This document shows, one piece after another, positions 32,821 through 44,799 of a stretch of 57,640 nt of DNA; position 1 is the first letter of the stretch, and each line of letters starts with the position of its first letter. Below the pieces are notes generated by a model that worked only from the letters and a program-made list of their open reading frames with translations, did no database searches and was not told where the DNA came from. Made by a program: the position numbers and the translations under genes. The DNA is from Nemertoderma westbladi. Lineage: Eukaryota; Animalia; Xenacoelomorpha. The stretch spans positions 1-57,640 of the forward strand of contig JAUCBJ010005654.1 of NCBI GenBank assembly GCA_032718475.1. The letters run 5' to 3'.

Positions 32821-34544
32821 GTACTTTTATTGTGTTCTTCATTTCATTTTATTTTGTTTATTTACATAAGTTGTACTTATTTTTACTCTATGGTGCTTTA
32901 TTGCATGGCTGAGTGCATAATTTTAACATACTGTATAAACCAATAATTACTTAATTACCCTACCAACTATCCTACCGGCATCTATGAAAATGGTAATCTT
33001 GTGGGGCGAGCCACGAAGTGAGTGAGCCTTAGCGTAGTGGTACCATTAATCAACCTGTCGTTCTGTGGGGCGAGCCACGAAGTGAGTGAGCCTTAGCGTA
33101 GTGGTACCATTAATCAACCTGTCGTTCTGTCGTTCTGTCGTTCTGTCGTTCTGTCGTTCTGTCGCGTCCAATTTTAAACGTTAATAACTCAGCCAATCTT
33201 TGATGAAATCTATCCAAACTTGGTACACATGTTGTTTGGCAAAAGTTTAGAAATTTTCCAAGTAGAATTTCCGTGTGGCCTTCGAGAAGCTAAGATAATA
33301 GCAGTTAATTAGTTAATTAAGTTGATTACGGTAAAAACACCATTTTCAACCTGCCTTTTAAAGGAAATTAATTGTTTTACACTATAAGATTTAAATAATT
33401 ATACTTAAAAATTATACAGATGTAATCCACATACGCCATTCTATTATAGTTTTTAATTAGTTCAAGTGATTTGCTTTATTAATTGTGTCTTTAATTGATC
33501 TAAAGTAATTAAAACGTCATAAAAAATTGATTCTCATTAAATACTGCTCATTTATTGGCTAACATGCTGGTAGGATGGAAGGATGTGTGTGTAAGGCAGC
33601 TATTTGCTGGGAATGATTATTGGTCAAGTCTCTGCTGGTGTGGAGCTAGCTGGCTTGGAGTTGTGGCTGTAGACTAACCAGAGAGGAATTGTACTGTAAT
33701 AGGCAACCAGTATTGCTATTCCAGCCCAGACATCATTCTTGAAATCCAACATCCCAACATCCTTCCTGTATTGACTCTACTATAAGTGTTGTATTGCTAT
33801 CTCAGGTAAATGACAGATATAATAACATAAATACAATCCATGGCATGGCTGTTGTGTAGGCTTCTGAAATAGTTTATTCCACAATGTATATGTCTGGTTA
33901 TTTTTTAATTGAATTTTTGCAAAGTAGTAAAATTAATGTTCTTAAAAATAATATTATTATTTTATATGTAACCTAGGAAATTAGCTACATTTTTTCGCTG
34001 CAGCTTTAAGAGTGTACATTGATTTAATATTATTTCAATACCCATATTACTACATCGGCATAAGATGCGTTGGCGTTGTATCACACATCTCCACATATCA
34101 CAATTCAATTCAATTCAATTCAAATTTATTTATTCAAACAAACAAACATTTAAAATCTAATATATAGCCTATACCAGAACCCATAGCTAGCCACACATCT
34201 TACATAACCAGAATATTTCTAGTTGCAATTAAGTAATATTATTAATATAATCAGGGGGCTGGATTGAGTCGGTAACTACTGTAGATGGTTATTAATGTAT
34301 GAAGTTTGTTTGTTTCAGGAGAACAGCAAAATAGCAGTGCTAGTGACTAGCTGTCCACCTGGTGAAATACTGGATATAAATATTGACGTTAGATTTATTA
34401 TTTACCTTCTTATGTTTATGAGGGGGGGGGGGGGGGGGGGGGTAGTGGTGCAAGGACTTGGATTGTGGATTATACTTAAATTATAATTAGATTTAAAATT
34501 AGAATGACATAAATATATATTTTTCGTGCAGAGTGCCAAAGAGA

Positions 34545-35000
34545 CTCACCCGGGTGAGACAAAAAGGAAGCGTGACCCCGCGCCCGGGTGAGACAAAAAT
34601 GGAGAGTGTCCCCTCGCCGGGAGTGACAAAATGAAGCGTGACCCCGCGCCCGGGTGAGACAAAAATTAAGCGTGACCCCGCGCCCGGGTGAGACAAAAAA
34701 TGAAGCGTGACCCCGCGCCCGGGTGAGATAAAAATGGAGAGTGACCCCTCGCCGGGTGTGACAAAATGAAGCGTGACCCCGCGCCCGGGTGAGACAAAAT
34801 GAAGAGTGACCCCTCGCCGGGTGAGGCAAAAATGAAGCGTGCCCCACGCCCGGGTGAGACAAATAATTAAGCGTGGCCCCGCGCCCGGGTGAGACAAAAG
34901 ATGAAGCGTGGCCCCACGCCCGGGTGAGACAAAAATGGAGAGTGACCCCTCGCCGGGTGAGACAAAAATGAAGCGTGACTCCAAGCCAGGGTGAGACAAA
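34545..35000 (-). repeat. GC-rich ~36-bp tandem array (~12 units) in the LINE 3'UTR
   Basis: Units gggtgagacaaaaatgaagcgtgaccccgcgccc alternate with a ggagagtgacccctcgcc variant; starts ~45 nt after the ORF stop. Confidence 0.93.
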
Positions 35001-35043
35001 CAAATTATGAGTTGTAAGGGACAAATATCTATATATAAATATT

Positions 35044-38000
35044 TCAGTTTAATAAGAACAATTTTAATTTATTTAAAAATAAAGATTTGCTTGTGATTGA
35101 ACGAAGTTCAGAATTTAGACTGTTCCACATTAACGATCCTTGAAGAGCCAGTGATTGATGAGCCACATTGAGTCGAACTCTAGGTAACCTATATAAACCT
35201 GATGCTGCTGAGCGTGTGTTATGAGAATGTATATCACTAAATTTTGTAAACAAATGGGATAAAGAACCAGGAACATTATGGTTTATATCATACATTAGGT
35301 TACAAACTTGGTATTTATATAACTTCTCTAGAGGTAACACCTTTAGTTGGCGGTACAGGGGTAGTGAGGATGTACGGTAGTGACTAAATGTAATTACTCG
35401 TAAAATTTTATTTATTTTTGTCCTTATAGGCTTTAAAATTGAGTCACACGCAGCCCCCCAAACAATTAAGCCATAATTAACGTATGGATATATTAAAGCA
35501 AAAAATATGGTTCTAAGGATATGCAAGGGGAAAATATGACGAAGTTTGTAAAATATACCACTGGATTTCGATAATTTTTTAAGAACATACTGCACATGTA
35601 ATTTAAACGTAAGCCTGTCGTCAATGAATACACCTAAATATTTGACCCCTGCCGCCTTGGTAATTGCAGTTTCTTTAATTTTAACTATTGGAAGTCCCGA
35701 GTGTGGTAATTTTGAATTTGAAAAATAACTATACTCTGTTTTTTTTATGTTTAATGATAATTTGTTATCGGCCAGCCAATTTGATATATTAACAAATTCT
35801 GAGTTTACAGTGTCAATTAAAATATTATGATTATGAGAGTGATACATTAAGGTAGTGTCGTCAGCAAAAAGGGTTGTCAAAAATTTATTACTATTCGGAA
35901 GATCGTTAATGTATAATAAAAATAATAGCGGCCCCAAAATAGATCCCTGTGGTATACCACATGTTATTAGTTTTTTTGTTGAGCTGGCAGAACCCACAGA
36001 AACCCACTGAGTGCGGCCTGTTAAATAATCTGAAAACAATTGTAACTGACGACCCCTGACACCATAGCGTTCCATTTTTTTAATTAGGATTGAGTGGTCC
36101 AAGGTATCAAACGCCTTTTTAAGATCTATGTAGATTACGCAGGCTGATTCGCCGTTATCTAGAACAGATCTTAATTTTTCAGTTATCTGTAAAATAGCCT
36201 CTGAAGTTGTAAATTTTTTTCTGAAACCAAATTGATTCGGGGTTAGAATTGTATTTTTATTAATATATGAAATTAATTGGTCATAAATAATAATCTCATA
36301 TATTTTACTAAACATAGGGAGCAAAGAAATTGGACGGTAATTTGATGGATCGAATGGATCAGCACCTTTGTACGCAGGGATAACTTTGGCTTCTTTTAAA
36401 CGCATTGGGAAACTTCCTATTCGTAGACTACAGTTCAATAATTTAGCAAGATGTAAACTCAATATTTTTGCTGCAATTTTAACTATTTTAGTGGGAAATT
36501 GATCATTAGTAGCAGAGCTTTCTTTTAAAGTTAAAATGTGGTATTCAACCTCAACTGGGCTAGTCTCAATCAAAACAAAGGAATTACTTTTTTTATGAGC
36601 GATGTGCCGAGTGGGGCAACATCCAGACGGAAAGATTTTTGATGCGAGACTAGGACCAATTGACGTAAAGAAATCGTTAAATTCTTCCGCAATTAATTTT
36701 TGATCAGCTATTGTGATTTTTTCATTGTTTATATTAGTAACATTCAATTTTTTCGGAAGAGCAGAACGGGAATTTCTGTTAAGTGCAGAATTAATAATTT
36801 TCCATGTTTTCCTAATATTTGTCTGATTCCTTGTGAATTCATTTGAGTAATAGTTTTTCTCTGCACGCCGGAGTAATGTTGTTAGAGCGTTCCTATATAA
36901 TTTAAAAGTCTGGCGATTTTTCTCTGTGGGTTTAGTGATAGATAGTGCATACAATTTATTTTTACGGCGTATAGATTGTAACAGCGCGGGAGTAAGCCAT
37001 GGTTTACGGGGAATATTTTTCCTAGATATTGTTTTAACCGGCAAATGGGTACTACATATGTTGGAAAAATCTTCATAAAATCTGTCGAATTTTTCTGAAT
37101 CAGAATTGATTACATTGTAGCTCCAGGCGTCATCGCGCTTTAAATTATCTAGGAACAATTTGGAATCGAAGAAGGAGTAATCATATTCAATCTTAGATTC
37201 CCTAGGTTTAAAATAAGCTGAAAAATTATTTAGTACTATGAATGTTGGTAAGTGGTCACTTATTTTAGCAACAAAAACTCCAGAGCTACAAACAGATGAA
37301 CTTGTATTAGTTAGAATATGGTCTATTAATGATTTTGATCCAAAGCGCTCATCAATACGAGTAGGTTCTGTTATAACCTGATGGAAAGCATTTGAGTGCA
37401 GAGTACTTAAATATGTCCTTTGAGGCTTATCATTTTTCATCATATCAATGTTGAAATCGCCTGTAAGAACAACTTCATAATTATTATTTGCTAAATATGA
37501 AAGCTTTGAATCAAGTTCATCAATAAAATCATAAGTATTAATTTCTTCCGAACGATAAAGACACCCGATAATTAAAGGCTTTGATTGGTTACTGCGGGTA
37601 ATTTGGATCCACGTATTTTCAGTGCAGCCCATTTTTAGATCTGGGCGCTCAACAGCTTCGAGCTCCTCTCGGACATAAATTGCTACACCACCACGAGCTA
37701 TATTTGCACTGTGAAAGTCACAAAAAGGTTTTTGATAGCCGTGTAAATTGTAACGAGCAATCTGTTGATCCTTAGTAAAAAAAGTTTCAGAAAAAGAAAT
37801 TATATCTAATTTCGATTCAAGTGCATGGAAAAAGTCTAGAATTAAATCATGCTTGGCATTAATACTTTGTGCATTCAAGTGAAATATTGATAATGCATTG
37901 TGCGAGTTATCTAAGAATTCTTGGTCATATTTTTCCTCATTAAAGTACCCGTGAGAAAAAATAGGCCGCATAATATTCTGGTCAGGGTCCACTTCATCAA

Positions 38001-38298
38001 AAAAACGATCAAGAGATTCCATAGTGGTAGGTTCCAGAACAGAACTTCTGTTATCACCAAAAATATCATCATCATCATTGTCCACCGTCATAAAGGGAAA
38101 AGTGTCGTAATTACAAAAAATGCACCAGCGTTCATATTTAGATTTGCGGTACTCCTTATGTGAAAGATATGAACCACATTGTATATGATAAATTGTGGTG
38201 CAGTGGCAGCACGAAAATATGTCGTCGGTTGGGCCAATCAAACTAAAACAAAATCCACAATCCAGAGGTGGGGACGAGGAAGGATAGGTGATAGGCAT
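35044..38298 (-). CDS. LINE ORF2: PHD-like finger, AP endonuclease, reverse transcriptase (1084 aa)
   Basis: N-terminal CxxC..CxxC..HxxC..CxxC; HLNAQS, SET, GDFN, IDHI, SDH (APE); NYRPISLL, QFGFR, DLKKAFD, GIPQGSILGPLLF, FADD, KYLGV (RT); no stops. Confidence 0.96.
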   Translation of the reverse strand: MPITYPSSSPPLDCGFCFSLIGPTDDIFSCCHCTTIYHIQCGSYLSHKEYRKSKYERWCIFCNYDTFPFMTVDNDDDDIFGDNRSSVLEPTTMESLDRFFDEVDPDQNIMRPIFSHGYFNEEKYDQEFLDNSHNALSIFHLNAQSINAKHDLILDFFHALESKLDIISFSETFFTKDQQIARYNLHGYQKPFCDFHSANIARGGVAIYVREELEAVERPDLKMGCTENTWIQITRSNQSKPLIIGCLYRSEEINTYDFIDELDSKLSYLANNNYEVVLTGDFNIDMMKNDKPQRTYLSTLHSNAFHQVITEPTRIDERFGSKSLIDHILTNTSSSVCSSGVFVAKISDHLPTFIVLNNFSAYFKPRESKIEYDYSFFDSKLFLDNLKRDDAWSYNVINSDSEKFDRFYEDFSNICSTHLPVKTISRKNIPRKPWLTPALLQSIRRKNKLYALSITKPTEKNRQTFKLYRNALTTLLRRAEKNYYSNEFTRNQTNIRKTWKIINSALNRNSRSALPKKLNVTNINNEKITIADQKLIAEEFNDFFTSIGPSLASKIFPSGCCPTRHIAHKKSNSFVLIETSPVEVEYHILTLKESSATNDQFPTKIVKIAAKILSLHLAKLLNCSLRIGSFPMRLKEAKVIPAYKGADPFDPSNYRPISLLPMFSKIYEIIIYDQLISYINKNTILTPNQFGFRKKFTTSEAILQITEKLRSVLDNGESACVIYIDLKKAFDTLDHSILIKKMERYGVRGRQLQLFSDYLTGRTQWVSVGSASSTKKLITCGIPQGSILGPLLFLLYINDLPNSNKFLTTLFADDTTLMYHSHNHNILIDTVNSEFVNISNWLADNKLSLNIKKTEYSYFSNSKLPHSGLPIVKIKETAITKAAGVKYLGVFIDDRLTFKLHVQYVLKKLSKSSGIFYKLRHIFPLHILRTIFFALIYPYVNYGLIVWGAACDSILKPIRTKINKILRVITFSHYRTSSLPLYRQLKVLPLEKLYKYQVCNLMYDINHNVPGSLSHLFTKFSDIHSHNTRSAASGLYRLPRVRLNVAHQSLALQGSLMWNSLNSELRSITSKSLFLNKLKLFLLN

Positions 38299-40236
38299 GA
38301 ATGAAAAAATGCTAAAAGGTTAGTAAAAGAGAAAAAAAAACGAAAATAGAAAAGTACGTTGTGTTAGTACAAGCTAGGATTCAGATCGAATATAGGGCTC
38401 AATTTGTTGATCTGTAGGTACCGACTCCATACAGTCCAATAAACATCAAATTACATATAAAATAGTATTATTATAAAAAAAAAATAATAATAATAATTTA
38501 ATATCCCTGGCAATGGTGCGATGTGAATAAGTAGGCCATATACTGGAAAGTTGTAAAAAAACAAAGCAAATTACCTCATAAATTATTTATATTATATACT
38601 TACATACATAACCTACCAGTATATGTTTGCGCGAATTGAGTTAGTGTGCATTCAATTTAACGATAGTATACATTGGCAACATCTCCACATAGATGTATCA
38701 ACAGTTACTCGCACAGTTTCGAAACTTCGCATAGTTATAACTGTATAAAGGTCGTCAGTCTGCGTTTAGGAAAAATATTTTATGACAAAACAGGACAAGC
38801 GACGAGCGCAACGAGGCATATAATGAAGACGAGTACTGCGTTGACTAAATTGTTATATAAACCACCTGGCTTCACATATTGATCGCATCCCTAGTTATTA
38901 TTATTATAAAGATCGTCCTAGCCTGCGTTTAAGAAATATATTTAAATACAAAACAGGACGAACGCAAAGAGGCTTATAATGAAAACGAGTACTGCGTTTA
39001 TTATATTCCTATAAACCACCTGGCTTTGCATATTTAACGTGCGATTGGAAATAAGTTCGTGCTACCCTTCCGTGGGTGGTAGATGTCGCGGTTATGTATT
39101 GGTGGGTGGGGGGAGGGTGGGGGGGGGGGGTGTGCATATTAAAAGGGGTGAACACGTACTGTCCCCCTTTCTTTGATTAATTGGTGGTGTGGGTTAATAT
39201 CTCATAACCTGATTTTGTGATACAGTCGCACAATTTTAATTTGTATCTCATAACTGGGCCTCGTGCTGCGCGAAGGCCCCACGAACGTGTCGTTCTGTCG
39301 TTCTGTCGTTCTGTCGCGTTCAATTTTAAACGTTAATAACTCGGCCAATCTTTGATGAAATCTATCCAAACTTGGTACACATGTTGTTTGGCAAAAGTTT
39401 AGAAATTTTCCAAGTAGAATTTCCGTGTGGCCTTCGAGAAGCTAAGATAATAGCAGTTAATTAGTTAATTAAGTTGATTACGGTAAAAACACCATTTTCA
39501 ACCTGCCTTTTAAAGGAAATTAATTGTTTTACAGTATAAGATTTAAATAATTATAATTAAAAATTATACAGATGTAATCCACATACGCCATTCTATTATA
39601 GTTTTTAATTAGTTCAAGTGATTTGCTTTAATAATATATTTAATTACAAAACAGGACGAGCGCAACGACGCTTATAATAATTAAGACGAGTACGGCGTTG
39701 ATTATATTCCTATACACCACCTGGCTTTGCATATTGAACGTGCGATTGGAAATAAGTTCGTTCTACCCGTCCGTGGGTGGTAGATGTCGCGGTTATGTAT
39801 TGGTGGTTGGGAAGGGTGGGGGGGGGGGGGGGGGGTGGAGAGATTAAAAGGGGTGAACACGTACTGTCCCCCTTTCTTGGATTGATTGATTGGTGGTGTG
39901 GGTAAATTTCTCAAAACCTGATTTTGTGATACAGTCGCTCAATTTTAATTTGTATCTCATAACTGGGCCTCGTGCTGCGCGAAGGCCCCACGAACGTGTT
40001 TGTCATGTTTCGTTACTTTTATATTTGTCTATGTCATTATACTCAAATTCAAACTCAAATTCAAACTGTAGTGGCGATTCCTTAACTTTCATTTAGTTGA
40101 AATTCATTATTCGCTGAGATCCGGGTATTGAATTTTATCCGTTTTTAAGAACACTTACGTTGTAGTTCAACATACTATTAATAAAACTATAGGCCTATAT
40201 TATAATGATTATAATGATTGATATTATATTAAAACT

Positions 40237-40468
40237 GAGCGGGGTAGCTCAGTTGGTTGAGCGCCGGGCCTGCAATCTATTGGTTGTAGGTTCAGCCCCG
40301 CCAGGGTCCACTCAGCCTTTCATCCACTGGGGTCGATAAAATGAGTACCAGTTAAATAACTGGGAGCAAATCTTGGGATAGGAGTAGCGACCACCCCTAC
40401 CCTCGGGTAGCAGCTATCGAAAGAGGAGCCTTCGGGTCGCCTCCGGCTTCGGCCCTACTGTTTGCTTT
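40237..40468 (+). mobile_element. tRNA-derived SINE with Nin/Deu-type core
   Basis: A-box tagctcagttgg, B-box-like ggttcagcc, then gtccactcagcctttcatcc..ggggtcgataaaatgagtaccag (Nin-domain-like) and a tail with short hairpins. Confidence 0.8.
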
Positions 40469-40534
40469 GATATTATAATACATTACAATATTATAATATA
40501 ATACAAAACAATGCTCTCACATATATTATGCACA

Positions 40535-40800
40535 CTCTTTCGTAGAGTCCTGTGGTCGGTCTTACCGGCCTAGCTGTCTCCTCCCATTCGTAGGCCCCGC
40601 AAGCCCGCTTAGCCATTTGGTCCCTCTTGATGTCCTCCGCCTGGGCCCGTGCCCATCCTCCTCATGGTCTCCTCCATCACCCGGGGGAGGTTCCCCCAAA
40701 GGAACTTTTGTAGCTCCCACCGGTTGTCCCGTCTCCATCCGTTCAGGATTCCCTGAACGTGGAGAACTTCACCCCCCACCGGCTATAAATGTTGGTTCCC
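40535..40800 (-). mobile_element. Possible degraded LINE 3' fragment
   Basis: GC-rich island; minus strand has Arg/Trp-rich broken frames reminiscent of RTE C-termini. Confidence 0.25.
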
Positions 40801-42208
40801 TGTAACTTAAAGGTTATTTTCGCGTATATTGATCCCTGGATCTCCCCTGCTGAGATTGAAAAAACCCTAGTGCATATTCTTCACTGTGCATCAGACATGC
40901 AATAGTTTGCATGTACATTTACATTAAACTATAAATTATGTAGATGTCTTCAATGTTTGACATTGTGGTTCTGAGACATCTTCAATTGCATCTGTAGTCA
41001 TAGTAACTACAGAGTGAAGGAGTGTTGTCTAAAATGCCATTTGGATCTCACTTTTGTCATCCTAAAGTAATTATAGTAACATCATGATTGTTTTTTATTG
41101 ACCTAGATAATTGCTATAAAATTGTAATTTAGAAACAGAGTGGAATGACATTAAAATGTTGAAAAATAAAAATATTTTACACATGGGTATATCTTTGGAA
41201 CCTTATATCACCGTTATAACAATACAAGTTTCGTTCTCAGTATCCCAAAAATTTTCAAAACTAATATTCAACAAAATGTGGCAATTTGTTTTTAAAATAA
41301 TGATATATTGTTCTAGAATAGTAGCTATTTTTCTAAAACATGTCAGTTTTGATTTAGCAGCGCTCCCATAGCAACAATAATTATATTCTAGAAATTATAA
41401 CACAATCAGAATTGTAAGACCAGTTTCTATCTATTTCAAAAGACGCGATGAATTTATATTGAGTTCTTAGACTACTTCAGCCAGTTTGTCATTTTGCCAA
41501 TTCCATGACAACCGGTGTTAACACCAAGTCAGCTACCGATTCAGATTTGTTATCATATCAAAATCAATGGCCAAAAGATAGGTCTTCCCGAAAATATAAG
41601 TTTCAGGTGGTTACCAAAAAGTATCCCCTATGCTGGCTGGCCCCTGGTCTAAATGCCCGTATTTCACTATGGAAGAAGCTTCGATGGACGATATTTATGC
41701 TGATATATGTCCAGATAAAATATGGTAGAATTCTGCCACAGTACATATAGGCCTAAATTTATTTTAAAGGTCGCACTGCCTAAAAGTTAACTTTTGGTTA
41801 TAATTAACCCACATTTTGTTTATTATTTTGCATCCATGTGCCACAATCAATTGTTGTAATGAGGCTGGCAATGTGGAGACCAGTGACCACTTCAGTGTGG
41901 TACTATAGGTATAGATTAGGGATGGATATTATATATACATTAGGCCTATTTAATAACCGGATTAGTAAAGTTAGATTAGTTAGAACTATAGGCCTATTTA
42001 TCTTTTTTTTGTCCTCGAGTGGGGTGGGTGGGGGGTGGGGGGAGGGGGGGTGGGGGGGAGGTTGTATTTTGTATGTACATCAGTACATCCATGCTTCACC
42101 ATAGACTACTGACCCGGTTCATTGGTTTGTTTCTTTGTCGGAAGAGTTTACCTTGTATTAATGCCATTACCTGGAACAAATAAATACTGGGAAATATACT
42201 GTACTTAA

Positions 42209-44799
42209 GGGGGGTACCATTTTGGTCCAAAATATGTCGAAATTATTTTTATGATCTATTATAATACACGATTAAATGGTGTTTCCAAATCTGAAAACCG
42301 CTATTTAATAGCTCTTTAGTTTTCAAATTATATCAATTTCCATTTATGGAGACCTATTGAAATTAGTATTACTATGTATAATGAAAGGAAAGATTATCTC
42401 CAAATATTTTTTTCATGAAATTGTCAACTTCTAAACCCTACTACTTCTACAATTTTTAAGCAATTAGTCTGAAAATTTCTGTTGGTGTCTACATAGCCAT
42501 CCTGCATAAAAGTATCAGGCAACTTTTGAAATTTTTTATTAATAAAATTTAATACTATTTATAACAAACCTAAAAAATTAGCATAAATTTGCAGCGCCAC
42601 CTAGCGGTGCAGAATTATTTTCAAAAAATTTCGCCTGATTGTTATGTTGTTATATAGTTATGTTGTTATGCTATCATATGAAAAAAACTTTAATATGATT
42701 AGATTCAAAACTGTAAAAGCCTTAGGGATTTAAGCGCAACCAAGTTTTTTTTAATGTTAACTTGTATTAACTAATAATAAATATCGAAAAATAAAACTTT
42801 TCTGCGACCTGTTATGTAAAATAGCATCTTGGGTACCGATATTTCAAATTATACGCAAAACCAAACAATTTTGGTCATCATCAGCTGTCAGGTCAGGTAT
42901 TCTAGGTCATTGATCAAAAAAATTGCTTAGCTTCGTCCTGGGATAAGGACGCCCTTGGTCCTGGATTAATAACCCAAATACTTGGCTGCAGGGGTACAAA
43001 ATATGGCCTGGCCAGGCAGATGGTGATCTACCAATGGCTGGTCAGGAGTAGAGTGTTCTCATGTCCACTCTGAGTGCACTTCACTGCGACCTGCACCTGG
43101 CAGCAGGGGTACAGGGCATGACCCAGCAGATGAGCTGCACAGCCAATAGTGGGTGATGTGCGCCAGATTAGGTATGGGTGATGGGCCTCATATCTGACTC
43201 CACTGCGACACCTAACCTGTGGAATGGCAAAGGGTGTGGTATTTGCCCCGAGAGCTGACTCGGTAAAAAAGCACCCCCAACCCCCACTATGGATTACATT
43301 AGTAATCCGGAGGTCCGGCCACTAGAGGCCAGTGGAATTACCGGACACAATCGGCCTCACAGGCGTCAGATATCTCCTGACCGGCTGCCTGTCTCACCCC
43401 CTACTGGAGAGAGAGCGGCCAACAATTCTTTGAGTCCCTTTCCTGATGACCTTTCTGGCCCAAACCATGGGTCACCAGGGAGGCCAGATTGTGAGGGGGG
43501 TGGGATTCTGGAGTTGGAGGCTACTCTCATGTTCCACCCCGACCAACAAAGCCATTGGTGAATCTGAGGCAAGTCACTAGACTAGCCTCAGTAAACACCC
43601 TAACACTCCGGTCCCCAATGCGACAAGGTGAGCTGACTGCCTTGGTGTTCCCCCTGAGGTCTTTAAAATACCTGAGTGTTTAAAGCTCATCTATCCCATC
43701 ATAGTAGACATGTACCGAACAACAAGAGTCCCACAAGAAATTAAAACAAATAAGTTGGTGCCAGTTCCTAAGAAGGGCAACCTAACATGGGGCGTCCTCA
43801 AGACACACTTGCACCATTCTTGTTCATAATTGTGGCTGACTATGTTCTACGCATGTCCTTAGATCAATGATGATGGGATGATGATAACTCCACCTGCTGG
43901 CTCCGGAAGTCGAGGAAATCCTGCCAAGTACCTAACTGATCTAGACTTTGCTGATGACTTAGGAGTACCCTCAGCTCATTAGAACAGGCTGCTTCTAGTG
44001 TTGGTCTTTTTATTAACTCCAGAAAGACCAAAACTTTGACAGTTAACTTTGAAAGTCCTCAGCAAGTCTCTGACCGGATGAGCATAAGCTCAAAGGATGG
44101 TATGCTTGAGCATGTGGACGACTTCTGTTACCTGGGATCATGGATTGGGAAGTCAGGTGAGGACCTTCGAATACATAAGGGAAAGGCATGGGCAGCCTTG
44201 AATAGGCTTTCCAGGATTTGGAAGTCACCGAGAATTAATCGGAAACTTAAGGTCCGATTATTTGGAGCAGCAGTAGTTCCAGTACTCCTCTATGGGAGTC
44301 CATGCTGGGCTCTAACTGCTGAGGACACCAAATCTTTGAATGGTACATTCACAAGAATGCTACGCCGGGTTCATTGTGTCAAGTACAATGCACACATCTC
44401 CAACCAGACACTATATAACATTGGAGGTGTCTCATTGGTTCCCCCAAGCTTGACACTAGAACAAAATCGCCTCCGCTTTGCAGGACATTGCTTTCGCTGT
44501 GAAGACCAGCCAGTGCATAATCTTGTATTGGCAGCCTCATGGAGTGAATAAGCATGGTGGACAGCCCATGACTTTCTTGAGACGCATCTCAAAGGACATT
44601 GGCCTTTAAGATGCAGATGATCTAGTAAATGTCATGGGTGATAGGGAGTTGTGGCGGCGCAATTTTGGCGACAAGCCGGCACAACGTTCTTAAAAATGCA
44701 GCTGCAACGCAGCATGCCGATCCTAGTAGTTTACAATTTTGAAACGCTGAGAGTGATAAATCGAAGAGTTGTCCGAAAATTGTGTACCCTCCGCCCCCC
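42209..44799. mobile_element. Kolobok-like non-autonomous DNA transposon (TTAA TSD) containing an RTE insertion
   Basis: TTAA|GGGGGGTACCATTTTGG at 42205 and GTACCCTCCGCCCCCC|TTAA at 44800; imperfect TIRs. Confidence 0.6.
42925..44730 (+). mobile_element. Internally deleted RTE-clade LINE (5'UTR, ORF leader, APE start, partial RT, 3' end)
   Basis: RLASVNTLTLR (APE start) jumps to VPPEVFK..LVPVPKKGNL, then TLAPFLFIIV, DLDFADDL, FCYLGS, VLLYGS, RLRFAGH; tagtag tail; 5' boundary approximate. Confidence 0.85.

Larger units (their letters stand above)
34098..38678 (-). mobile_element. CR1/L2-group LINE with intact ORF2
   Basis: AATAAA then (ATTGA)n tail at ~34101-34135; candidate 13-bp TSD acatctccacata at 34085-34097 and 38679-38691; no ORF1 seen. 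Confidence 0.85.
33001..40000 (+). mobile_element. Helentron/HINE-like non-autonomous element in tandem pieces (33001-~33500 and ~38750-40000), interrupted by the LINE
   Basis: (GTCGTTCT)n near the 5' end, aactc..ccaaacttggtacac motif, 3' stem-loop gggcct..aggccc, short subterminal gtgggg/ccccac; 33143-33480 recurs at 39289-39630 and 38945-39289 at 39640-39998. Confidence 0.55.

Noticed and set aside
34476-35024. 182-aa and 166-aa ORFs
   Set aside because: Translations of the 36-bp tandem array.
43590-43650. Twister-like sequence taacactccggtcccc
   Set aside because: Explained as RTE endonuclease coding sequence (SVNTLTLRSP); pseudoknot partners are missing.
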